This document shows positions 32,105 through 41,114 of a DNA stretch of 64,000 bases, one piece after another. Made by a program: the position numbers and the translations under genes. The stretch lies in contig CAVTBU010000005.1 in the NCBI GenBank assembly GCA_963733035.1, forward strand, positions 2,496,001-2,560,000. Direction: 5' to 3'. The notes beneath the pieces were generated by a model. It did not search any database. It was given only the letters and a program-made list of their open reading frames with translations, and was not told where the DNA came from. The stretch is from Pirellulales bacterium. GTDB taxonomy: Bacteria > Planctomycetota > Planctomycetia > Pirellulales > PALSA-1355. Within the stretch, counting starts at the first letter, position 1, and the number at the start of each line of letters is the position of its first letter.

Positions 32105-33238
32105 ATGTTTGGAAAGGGGTTCGAACTCTTCAAGCTCTTCGGCTTCTCGGTCAAGATCGACCTGAGCTGGCTCTTCATCGCCGTGCTGGTCACTTGGACC
32201 TTGGCCAGCGGCGTCTTTCCCACCAGCTTTCCCGGCCTCCGCTCCGAAACCTACTGGGCCATGGCCGCCGCCGGCATGCTCGGCCTGTTCCTCTCGATCG
32301 TGCTCCATGAGTTGTCCCATTCGCTGGTCGCCCGGCGGCACGGCATGCAGATGAAGGGAATCACGCTGTTCATCTTTGGCGGCGTGGCCGAAATGTCCGA
32401 TGAACCGCCGAGCGCGAAGGCCGAATTCTGGATGGCCATCGCCGGCCCGATCGCCAGCGTTGTCATCGCGCTGGTTTGCTTTGGGGTCTACCGCGTGGGA
32501 ACTCTGCTGGACTGGCCCGCACCGGTCAACGGGGTGTTCGCCGAGCTCGCCTGGATCAACGCGATCCTGGTGGCCTTCAATCTCGTCCCGGCCTTCCCGC
32601 TCGACGGCGGTCGGGTGCTGCGCGCGCTCATCTGGCAATGGAAGGGGAGCATTCGCCGGGCGACGCAAATCACGTCGCAGTTCGGCGTCGCATTTGGAAT
32701 CACGCTGATCGTGCTCGGAGTTCTGGCAATCGTCAGCGACAACTTCGTGGCCGGCATGTGGTATGTCCTCATCGGGCTGTTCCTGCGCGGGGCAGCACAA
32801 ATGTCCTACCAGCAACTCCTGATTCGCCGGGCTCTGGAAGGAGAGTCCATCGGGCGGTTCATGACGACCGAGCCGGTGACGGTCGCCCCCGAGCTGCCGA
32901 TCGCGCGACTGGTCGAGGACTACATCTATCACTACCACTACAAAATGTTCCCCGTCGTCGAAAATGGAAAAGTCCTGGGCTGCGTCACCACCCGTCACGT
33001 TCGCGACGTACCGCGCGATCAATGGCCGGCGCGCACGGTGAAAGACATCGTCGAGTCCTGCTCGCCGGCCAACACCATCTCCCCCACGACCGACGCGATG
33101 AAAGCGCTAGCGCAATTGACCCGCGCCCAGGCCTCTCGCGCCATGGTCGTCGACGACGGCAAGCTGGTGGGCATGCTCTCGCTGAAAGACATGATGCAGT
33201 TTCTCTCGACCAAGATCGAACTGGAGGGAGAAGCGTAA
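32105..33238 (+). CDS. Site-2 protease (M50) with CBS domains
   Basis: HELSH, AIAGP, FNLVPAFPLDGGR, two C-terminal CBS repeats. Confidence 0.93.
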   Translation: MFGKGFELFKLFGFSVKIDLSWLFIAVLVTWTLASGVFPTSFPGLRSETYWAMAAAGMLGLFLSIVLHELSHSLVARRHGMQMKGITLFIFGGVAEMSDEPPSAKAEFWMAIAGPIASVVIALVCFGVYRVGTLLDWPAPVNGVFAELAWINAILVAFNLVPAFPLDGGRVLRALIWQWKGSIRRATQITSQFGVAFGITLIVLGVLAIVSDNFVAGMWYVLIGLFLRGAAQMSYQQLLIRRALEGESIGRFMTTEPVTVAPELPIARLVEDYIYHYHYKMFPVVENGKVLGCVTTRHVRDVPRDQWPARTVKDIVESCSPANTISPTTDAMKALAQLTRAQASRAMVVDDGKLVGMLSLKDMMQFLSTKIELEGEA

Positions 33239-33318
33239 TCGAGCTGGGGCGAGGCATGCCGCCTGTCGCACCGCCCCACAACCCAACGCCAAGAAGACAA
33301 CAACGGTTCGCATCCTCG

Positions 33319-33353
33319 CGTCCCCTTTAGTTCTTCCTCAGAGAGAACTAAAG
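33319..33353. repeat. REP family B copy with adjacent inverted half
   Basis: CGTCCCCTTTAGTT; CTTTAGTTCT/AGAACTAAAG forms a 10-bp stem. Confidence 0.75.
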
Positions 33354-33467
33354 CGGTCGTCAACCACGACAACCTCGATTCCCAGGTGCTAGACGTTCAT
33401 CTTTATCGCACTGATGTGGATGCTGTAAGAAGGGACGCCTTCCAACTCGATAAAAGTTCCACGTCCC

Positions 33468-34448
33468 TCATGGTCCTCTTCTGTTCCCCGCCCGAGGCGG
33501 CAAATAACGTCGCCGCCTTCCACGCCGAAATGCCTGTGCCATCAATCCGACACTGGCGATACCAAGGAGAATGAGGGAGTTGGGTTCAGGTATGACGGCG
33601 GAATACGCGCGGTAGTAAGTTCCGTCGAGATAATACCCAACGACGGTATTGCCTGAGATGCCACGAATGGCCGATGTTCCCACTGCCTGTGGATGGTCGA
33701 GCGTGCTGTAGTCGAGACCATCGTACGTAAAGCCGTGCACTTGCCCCGCTTGATCGAAGTAATATCCGACAACGTAGTTATCGGAGACACCCATTACGAT
33801 GGTCGCAAGGCTTGCAAACGAGACGTCGTACGTTTCGTAGGACGAACCGTCGTAGACAAATCCATGTGTCTTGGAAAAGTTGTCTAGGTAGTAGCCGAAA
33901 ATGCTGTCGCCCGAGATCCCGGTAATGATGGTTGCGTGTGTCGTCCCGGGTACCTGGAAATTCGAATAGGTTGAACCGTCGTACACGAAGCTCTTGTTTT
34001 GCCCTGAGGTATCCCAGTAGTAGCCAACGATGGTGTTGCCTGAGATGCCGGTGGCTACGGTTCCCGCCGATCCCGCCAAAGGGTTGTCGAGGGTCGTGTA
34101 GGTCGAACCGTTGTACAGGAAGCCATGATACTGAGAAGCGTCACCGACATACGATCCGACGATGTTGTTGCCCGAGATGCCGTAGGCAATGGTGCCACTG
34201 CCCGACGAACTCGCCATGGGATGATCCAGTGTTGTGAAACCAGATCCATCGTAGAGAAATCCGTGATTCTTTCCTGCGGCAGAATACGAGCCAACGATGT
34301 ATGGTCCCGAGACATCCCGGGCCCCGGCATCAGTTCCCGGAGTATTGAGAGTTGTGAATGAGACTCCAAGAGCCACTTGCGAATGGATGAGAATCGCGAT
34401 TGGCGCAATCCAAGTCGCCGGCAAAAGCCTGTGTCGAAACGCACTCAT
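33468..34448 (-). CDS. PEP-CTERM protein with about 6 internal repeats (probable beta-propeller)
   Basis: Repeated GISG..IVG.Y...HGF.YDG..YTTLD units; IPEPNS, TM helix and RR. Confidence 0.85.
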   Translation of the reverse strand: MSAFRHRLLPATWIAPIAILIHSQVALGVSFTTLNTPGTDAGARDVSGPYIVGSYSAAGKNHGFLYDGSGFTTLDHPMASSSGSGTIAYGISGNNIVGSYVGDASQYHGFLYNGSTYTTLDNPLAGSAGTVATGISGNTIVGYYWDTSGQNKSFVYDGSTYSNFQVPGTTHATIITGISGDSIFGYYLDNFSKTHGFVYDGSSYETYDVSFASLATIVMGVSDNYVVGYYFDQAGQVHGFTYDGLDYSTLDHPQAVGTSAIRGISGNTVVGYYLDGTYYRAYSAVIPEPNSLILLGIASVGLMAQAFRRGRRRRYLPPRAGNRRGP

Positions 34449-34982
34449 CAGCTACTCCAGTATCATCAGGTTGATTGAACTTCCCAAAGCCATGCACTTC
34501 ATGGAAATAGGTGTAAGCGTTACGACAAAGTGCCAGCCGCGTCGAGCGTTGTATAAGTTGAGTAGCTGTCGAGAAGCCGTGATTGAAATCGAAGCCGGCC
34601 TATCACCCGACACAATCACGCATCATCCCTCGGAAGTCGGGTTCTGGCAAGATATTTCGGTGCAGATTCTCTATTAATCGCTGGGCGATCGAGCCTCCGA
34701 TGACTACTCCGGCTGTCGATGCCGTGCCTTTGGTAAACGGCTCTCGGACTCCGTCCGCACTTGTGAAGAGAAGTTTGTGGGCCCCGCAAATTGACCTGGC
34801 GCTGGGTGAGTTTACGCGGCCGCTATTCAGGCCCCTCGTTTCCCTACCGGCCCCGACAGCCTCTCAAGTCCATGCCCCGATGCAACTCTCGAACGGTTGC
34901 TACAATCGACGTGCTGAACGGCCGAAACGATTCCCACGTTCGGCGCGGCTCCCGTTTCACCGACATCAAGGATCCTGCTGCA

Positions 34983-35978
34983 ATGGCGCAACGAGCTTTA
35001 ACTTCCCTCTTCGTAACGGCAATTGTGTGCGCCCTGTTTTGGTTGGCTGCGACGGCAGCCGGGGCCGACCTGTCGGGCGGTGCGCTCGCGGGCGATCGGC
35101 CGCGGGTGATCGTCTCCACGGACGTTGGCGGATCCGATCCCGACGATTTTCAGTCGATGGTCCATTTGCTCATCTATGCCGAGGTGCTGGAACTCGAAGG
35201 GCTGATTGCCTCGCCGCCCGGTCGAGGCCGCGTGCGGCACATTCATGAAGTGATCGAGGCGTACGCCAAGGACTACCCGTCTCTCAAGCGTCACTCCAGC
35301 GGCTATCCGGCTCCCGACGCGTTAAATGAGATGGCCCAGCAAGGCGCGGTCGCTGCCGCTCCGCCCAGCGGCTGGAGCCAACCGACGGCCGGATCGCGGT
35401 GGATCATCCAGGCGGCCAAGACCGACGATCCACGCCCCCTCTGGGTGCTCGTCTGGGGCAGCATCACCGACGTCGCGCAGGCCGTTCACGACGACCCGTC
35501 AATCAAGGACAAGATCCGCGTGTACTCGATCGGTTCGTGGAATACCCACAAGGACCGCGCGGCACGCGATTACCTGTTCAACCGTCATGCCGACCTGTGG
35601 TGGATCGAAAGCGACTCGACCTTTCGCGGCATGTACGTGGGCGGAATCCAACATGGCGAATGGGGCAATCTCGAGTTCGTCGCCAAAAACCTCCACGGAC
35701 ACGGAGCCCTGGGCGATCTGTTCTTTCAAAAAAAACGCGACATCAAGATGGGTGACACTCCGTCGCTGCTGTACCTGTTGCGAGGCAATGCAGACGACCC
35801 CACCTCCGTCCACTGGGGCGGCGCCTTCATAAAGACCGACCACGGCCCCAACTACTGGACCGACAATCCCGATCCCAGCCTCTCCGAACGCCAATACGCG
35901 GGAGCCAAAACCGTTAACCGCTGGCGAACCGATTACCTGGCCGACTGGCAGCAACGCATGAAACGAGGGCAACTGTAG
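34983..35978 (+). CDS. DUF1593 nucleoside hydrolase-like secreted protein
   Basis: RPRVIVSTD...DPDDFQSMVHLL.Y, PLWVLVWG, MGDTPS. Confidence 0.85.
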   Translation: MAQRALTSLFVTAIVCALFWLAATAAGADLSGGALAGDRPRVIVSTDVGGSDPDDFQSMVHLLIYAEVLELEGLIASPPGRGRVRHIHEVIEAYAKDYPSLKRHSSGYPAPDALNEMAQQGAVAAAPPSGWSQPTAGSRWIIQAAKTDDPRPLWVLVWGSITDVAQAVHDDPSIKDKIRVYSIGSWNTHKDRAARDYLFNRHADLWWIESDSTFRGMYVGGIQHGEWGNLEFVAKNLHGHGALGDLFFQKKRDIKMGDTPSLLYLLRGNADDPTSVHWGGAFIKTDHGPNYWTDNPDPSLSERQYAGAKTVNRWRTDYLADWQQRMKRGQL

Positions 35979-36137
35979 AGTCGAGAAGTGACGCGCTGGT
36001 TTAGGTTGGACCTATCTGTTTCCGGCTCTTTCGTATGCCGATGCCTCACGAGCCTGACCGTGCTCCCTTTTCCACTTCCCGCTCATCGAACCCGACGGGC
36101 GGATTACCCGCATCCGGCTCTCGGACAAGGTGGTCAG
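35975..36137 (-). ncRNA. Group II intron 3' fragment (domains V-VI only)
   Basis: Minus strand reads GAGCCGGATGCGGGTAATCCGCCCGTCGGGTTC (domain V with AGC triad), then GATGAGCGGGAAGTGG...CACTTCTCGACTCTAC (domain VI, terminal AC). Confidence 0.85.
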
Positions 36138-36164
36138 GCAACCCCACCCGGAATCCACCGTCCA

Positions 36165-36254
36165 CCCCCGCGGCCGCCCCAAGAAGAGCCCCGGCGACTG
36201 CCCTGGCAGCATCAGAAAAGGTTTGCGTCCCCTTTAGTTACTCCTTTAGTTACT
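36165..36254 (+). mobile_element. RAYT 3'-end remnant plus REP family B with a tandem 12-bp duplication
   Basis: Encodes PRGRPKKSPGDCP...GLRPL*; CCTTTAGTTACT occurs twice. Confidence 0.75.
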
Positions 36255-36556
36255 TGTTTGATGACGATGGTTTCTTGAACAGCGCGGCACGCACGAATTT
36301 GCCAACGGCAGGCACGATTGGCGCCGCTGAGAGACCAATCCAAAATATGAAGACGACGTCAAAGTCTACCAATCGCATGTGGCTTGGCGAAATGACTTGC
36401 TCGCGATACTCTTCACCGGCTATAGCCAAGATTGGCCGGTCTCCGAATGGGATTCCCAAAAAAGGCGACCAAGGGCAGTATAATTCCGAAGATCAATCTT
36501 GCTCTAAAAGGCAGAAGTTCTCCCAACCACATCACAATCACCACGAAGGCGCCGTA

Positions 36557-37959
36557 TTGGTGTAACGTTTCTTCTGTAAACAGCACTCAAGGAATTCGCG
36601 TGTGAGGCTTGGCGGAGCGAAGGCGAGCGTCAGCGAGCCGAAGCGGAGCCAGGCCTCACACGCGGCGACGAGCTTGAAAGGGGTGGGCCAAGGTGGTTTC
36701 CTTTTGATTTTGTTCTCTACGCAAAACGAAAGGAGTTCGCCCCCATGGCCCACCACGATCAATCTAACGCCCGCGACGAAGTTGTCCACCTCCTGGCCGA
36801 GCACGGATTCGAAGGCATGGCTCAGGCACTCGAAACCCTGTTCAACGAAGCGATGAAGCTCGAACGCTCCGCGGTGCTGGGCGCCTCCCCTTATGAACGC
36901 ACCGAAACGCGACTCGGTTATGCCAACGGCTTCAAGCCCAAGACCATCACCAGCCGTCTCGGCAAGTTACACTTGCAGGTGCCCCAAACCCGTGGCGTCG
37001 AGTTCTACCCGTCGGCGCTCGAACGCGGCGAACGCAGCGAACGGGCCTTGAAGCTGGCCCTGGCCGAGATGTACGTGCAAGGCGTCTCGACGCGCAAGGT
37101 GGCCGAGATCACCCGCGAGTTGTGCGGCTGTGAGGTCTCCAGCATGCAGGTCAGCCGGGCGGCCGAGCAGCTCGATGCCGAGCTGGAGATTTGGCGCAAG
37201 CGGCCGCTGGGCGCGACGCCGTACCTGATCCTCGATGCCCGTTACGAAAAAGTTCGCCACGGCGGCAGCGTCGTCGATTGCGCGGTGCTGATCGCGATCG
37301 GTGTCACGCCCGATGGCCGGCGTTCGATCCTGGGAGTCAGCGTCTCGCTCTCCGAGGCCGAGGTGCACTGGCGTTCGTTCCTCTCCTCGCTCATCGACCG
37401 CGGTCTGCACGGCGTGCGGCTGATCACCAGCGACGATCACGCCGGGCTGGGCCAGGCACGCCGGGCTTGCTTCCCCAGCGTCCCTTGGCAACGCTGCCAG
37501 TTCCACCTGATGCAAAACGCGCTGCACTACGTGCCGAAACTGCCGATGCGGCGCGAGGTGGCTCGCGATCTGCGCGGCGTGTGGGACGCGCCCGATCGCG
37601 ACGAGGCCGAGCGGCAACTGGGCGTGCTGGTTCAGAAGTACCAGACCACCGCGCCGAAGCTGGCCACCTGGCTGGAAGCCAACGTGCCCGAAGGACTGAC
37701 CGTGTTCGCCTTGCCGGCCGAACATCGCCGCCGGCTGCGCACGAGCAATCCGCTGGAGCGCCTCAACGAAGAAATCAAACGCCGCACCCGCGTCGCCACG
37801 CTGTTCCCCAACGAGGCCTCGCTCCTGCGGCTCGTCACCGCCATCCTCCAAGAAACCAGCGAAGACTGGGAAACCGGAAAAATCTACCTCAACCTGGAAA
37901 CCAACTAGCCCACCCCAAACAAGCTCCCGAAGCTTTTACAGAAAAACGGTTGCTCAATC
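36557..37959 (+). mobile_element. IS256 family insertion sequence
   Basis: Imperfect terminal inverted repeats (16/21, ending ...TTCTGTAAA) and flanking direct repeat GGCGCCGTA / GGCACCGTA; ends approximate. Confidence 0.85.
36745..37908 (+). CDS. IS256 (Mutator-type) transposase
   Basis: EMYVQGVSTRKV, LILDARYEKVR, SDDHAGL, WQRCQFH, RTSNPLERLNEEIKRRT. Confidence 0.95.
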   Translation: MAHHDQSNARDEVVHLLAEHGFEGMAQALETLFNEAMKLERSAVLGASPYERTETRLGYANGFKPKTITSRLGKLHLQVPQTRGVEFYPSALERGERSERALKLALAEMYVQGVSTRKVAEITRELCGCEVSSMQVSRAAEQLDAELEIWRKRPLGATPYLILDARYEKVRHGGSVVDCAVLIAIGVTPDGRRSILGVSVSLSEAEVHWRSFLSSLIDRGLHGVRLITSDDHAGLGQARRACFPSVPWQRCQFHLMQNALHYVPKLPMRREVARDLRGVWDAPDRDEAERQLGVLVQKYQTTAPKLATWLEANVPEGLTVFALPAEHRRRLRTSNPLERLNEEIKRRTRVATLFPNEASLLRLVTAILQETSEDWETGKIYLNLETN

Positions 37960-38147
37960 GGCACCGTAGAGCGCAAACGGACGCCCAAGCTTAACAAATA
38001 ATGTCAGGACAACTGTGGCCGCCACTACAAACACCAAGCCCCCTCGCTTCGCTAGGCCCAACTCCGGCAGCCGTGGCCGACGTCCTCTAACCACAAATAA
38101 GGATTTCATCACTTGGGCTCTATCCCATTTACAAATTGCTCGACTTG

Positions 38148-38173
38148 GAGTTACTCCCCTTTAATTACTCCCC
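38148..38173. repeat. REP family B variant
   Basis: GAGTTACTCCCCTTTAATTACTCCCC, with TTACTCCCC duplicated. Confidence 0.6.
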
Positions 38174-38263
38174 GACGGGCCGCCACTGATTGAGAGCATC
38201 GAGCAGCTTGAATGCGAGTCGCGACTCGGCGGTTTGCTCAAGACCTATCGCCGTGCCGCCTGA
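38171..38263 (+). pseudogene. 3'-terminal remnant of an integrase-core (rve) transposase
   Basis: PDGPPLIESIEQLECESRLGGLLKTYRRAA* resembles the C..RLGGLL..Y.RAA tail of such transposases. Confidence 0.65.
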
Positions 38264-38280
38264 CGTCTGCCAAGTCTCGA

Positions 38281-38772
38281 TCAGTTAAAATTCTGCCGCA
38301 AGCTGGCGATACGCACTAGCTTCTCGAATTGGCAAATCTGAACCAAGATTTCGGCCGCACGCCGCCATTCTGTCAGCGACGATGGCTCGAGAGCCCAGGT
38401 ACCAAAGATCCTCGATAGGTGCCGGATTGGCTGTGGCATTCTATTTGTACAAGGCGGGTCATGAGCGACGGTCAGGTGAGGGCATGCATATGCGAAGAAC
38501 AGCAGCCCTAGGATTGAGCCGCAAAGTGCGCATTGTGGAATTCGCCTGAATGGCACTCCAGCAGCAGCCCCCGCCGTCTGGCCCGCCATTACGGTTCCAA
38601 AGCAGAATACCCAGACATTTCCCTCGCAGTGCCAGAGTACCGCGCCCGTGAGCACAAATCGCGCGACCATCAAGATCACGCGCTGCACGTTCCATTGAGG
38701 GCGCGGCAAATTGCGCCACGACTCTTGGAGTCGCGGCCATGCCGCACGCCGAATTCTGCTGATTCGATCCAT
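38281..38772 (-). CDS. Hypothetical membrane protein
   Basis: 163-aa ORF with AGGAGG RBS and hydrophobic segments. Confidence 0.55.
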   Translation of the reverse strand: MDRISRIRRAAWPRLQESWRNLPRPQWNVQRVILMVARFVLTGAVLWHCEGNVWVFCFGTVMAGQTAGAAAGVPFRRIPQCALCGSILGLLFFAYACPHLTVAHDPPCTNRMPQPIRHLSRIFGTWALEPSSLTEWRRAAEILVQICQFEKLVRIASLRQNFN

Positions 38773-38879
38773 TCGCCGCCCTCCTACTCAACAAAGAGAT
38801 TGACGCGACTGAGCAATCGGCTGTTGCGTTTTGCAGAAGTCTCGCTCATTCCCGCATTAAGGCCATTATAGCAGGGGGG

Positions 38880-38894
38880 AACTAAAGGGGACGC
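38880..38894 (+). repeat. REP family B copy
   Basis: AACTAAAGGGGACGC. Confidence 0.75.
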
Positions 38895-39125
38895 AGAGAC
38901 GTGAACCTTTTTCTGTACCTGCTTAAACTGCTCGCTCCAATCAATTCGCTTGTGTAGCCTCAGTCGCGGCGCAAGTCCTCAACGTTCGAATCGTCTTGAA
39001 GCATAAGGTCAAACGAGAAATTGGTATCAAAAATGCGGATCGGAAAGTTGAGATGAGTTTACAGGATCAAGGCGGCGCGAAACGCAGCGTTTGACGTGCC
39101 TGACAACGAGATTGCGCCACGATCC

Positions 39126-40213
39126 TCACTTAGGCTGATGTAGGATTTCATATGCCTCGTTCACCTTTCGATAAGTCTCCGCGTCGAGGCCGTTTTGTGA
39201 CTTTGCCCATTTCAAGTATTCGACCTGGTGGTATGTCCATCCCGTCTCCATGCGGCCCGCGGTGACAGGATGAGGTTGTTCATCCTGTCCATTGGCCACA
39301 ATAAGAACGGCGTCAACGGCTGAGGCCACCTCTCCTTGCTCTTCAAGATAGCGCAGAATGGCTTCGCGGCACTCGGTGATTGGATCGTGTACCAATGCCT
39401 CTCGGATTGCCTTCATGGATTTCGCGTCTTTTAATCCGACCAAACCGTCGTACAGTCTCGATCGCACCCACCAGTCCTTTGCCATCGGTACCTGGCTCAA
39501 AATAAAATCCCGGTAAGGCGTGTGATAGGCATTTTTGTCCATTGCAAACAAGAGCTTGAAGGCGTCCTGTCGGCAGGTGATGGACCATCTGGCGTCCCCA
39601 GCTTGCTCGGCAAGAAAAGCGACATACGCCTTGTCCGCCGCCTGAGGCGCGGGAAGCACCGCAAAGAGTTTCTCATCGCCGTAGGTTCTCACCAGACGCA
39701 TCGCATCCGCGCTCGACAATTGTCCTCGGAGTAGACGGATGGCGAATTCTTCAAGACCGATCCCGGCCTCGTAGATACGAAGGATGTCATCTTTGCGGAC
39801 GCGAACCTGCGCCTCTCCATGTTCTCCAGCGCGAAACGCATGACCAGAAATAGCATCGGGTCGTGAGTGCGCTTGTACGTGTCAATGTCGAGCAGCGCCA
39901 GGTATTGCTCATAAGTCAGCGGCTGCTTGGGAATCCCGTATGTAGCTCTCTCAGCGGCCCTCAGGTAGCCCGGAGCGCGACTGGGCGGAAGCCAGCCATC
40001 GACGTCAACTCTTTGGCCCTTGCTATACACTTTTCCTGGATTCCCATTTGTCCATGGGCGTTTAGTGAGCTTGGTGACGGGAAAAGCCCCCAAGTCATAG
40101 AGCATCTTTTCGTAGGCCGAGTTTTTCTCCGTCTTCTCCGCGGCCCATACAGAATTGTTGAGCGCCGCCGCGATGACCAGTGCGCCGATGGTTGGAAAGA
40201 GCAAGCGTTTCAT
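39126..40213 (-). CDS. Secreted helical (HEAT-like) hypothetical protein; apparent frameshift within about 39720-39910
   Basis: Signal peptide MKRLLFP... in ORF 39689-40213 overlaps the open frame that leads into ORF 39126-39719. Confidence 0.6.
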
Positions 40214-41114
40214 ACGATGGCCTCTTAGGTTTGCTCAGGCGCACCAGAAGGGGACGGGATCAACGCGCAAACTAGGAAACGGTTGCCCCCTCTTGCCTGC
40301 GGCATGTCGACAATGCCACTTTGCGGCTCGCGTGGCAACACCGGCATTCAACCTGCATTCTAGTACATCCCGGCATTTGCTGTTGGCAGTCGCCCTTGCG
40401 GCTGTCTCCACTTAGAGGCAGCTCCGGGGCCCGCGCCGGCCTTGCGGCGCCCCAAGCGAGTTTTTCCGGCAGTGCGCGGCCGTGGAAACGCTCCACAACT
40501 TCGCCTCTTTCAATCGAGCCAGCAGCTGGGCTAGCCTACGGTCGGCAAATTCTGGACAGCGGACCGCGCGGGGAGGCACCATGTTTCATACCGGGCAAAT
40601 TACGAAAACTGCGTCATATGACAGGTGTCATTTTTCAGGTTACAAAAGGCGAAAAGAAAAGTGCGCGCAACTTTCATCCCGAAAAAAGGCCACTCGAAAA
40701 TCTTGCAATTTCCGAACCGGGCCATTCGCCTGCTTTGCCGGCGCGGCGGCGGACGGTCGGGAACCGCTCGGCAGGCCGAACAATCGCCGCATTGGGCGAA
40801 GCTTGCATTTGGCGCACGCCTGGTCCATGATCGAGCTTTGCAGGCTGTTGAAAAATGCCTTCGTGGCTTTTCTCAACCTCGCGATGTGCGGAGCCAAGCT
40901 CCGCACCGCTCGCGAAATAACGACTTTACGTCGGTTATTTCGTCATCGCATCCGTGCGAGGACGCAGCCCGTTGAATGCTTCAACAGCCTGCCTAGGCGG
41001 GCCGGATTTCCGGCCGAGGTTTTCGGGCTCGAGTGGCCCGACGTGACTTTGGCCATTAGCGACTGGAGTAACTGTCGCCCTGCGGCTGGCGGGCCCGCGG
41101 CGCGAATCGCGCGC

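Larger units (their letters stand above)
36250..38109 (-). pseudogene. Membrane protein gene split by IS256
   Basis: MKSLFVV...PFALYGA right of the IS continues in frame as YGAFVVIVMW... left of it; an additional shift lies in the T6 run near 36460. Confidence 0.7.

Noticed and set aside
34625..34655. Walker A-like RKSGSGK
   Set aside because: It is an isolated match in an otherwise unconvincing ORF.
35975..36137. Active retroelement, DGR or retron
   Set aside because: No reverse transcriptase ORF or template/variable repeat pair was seen in the window.
30189..38894. CRISPR array
   Set aside because: The repeats are about 14 bp, kilobases apart and in both orientations, and no cas genes are present.
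40248..40260. Additional REP family B copy (GAAGGGGACGGG)
   Set aside because: Only a partial core match, which could be chance.
40482..41114. 211-aa N-terminal extension of the potassium channel
   Set aside because: The composition is not protein-like; channel homology starts at about 41115.
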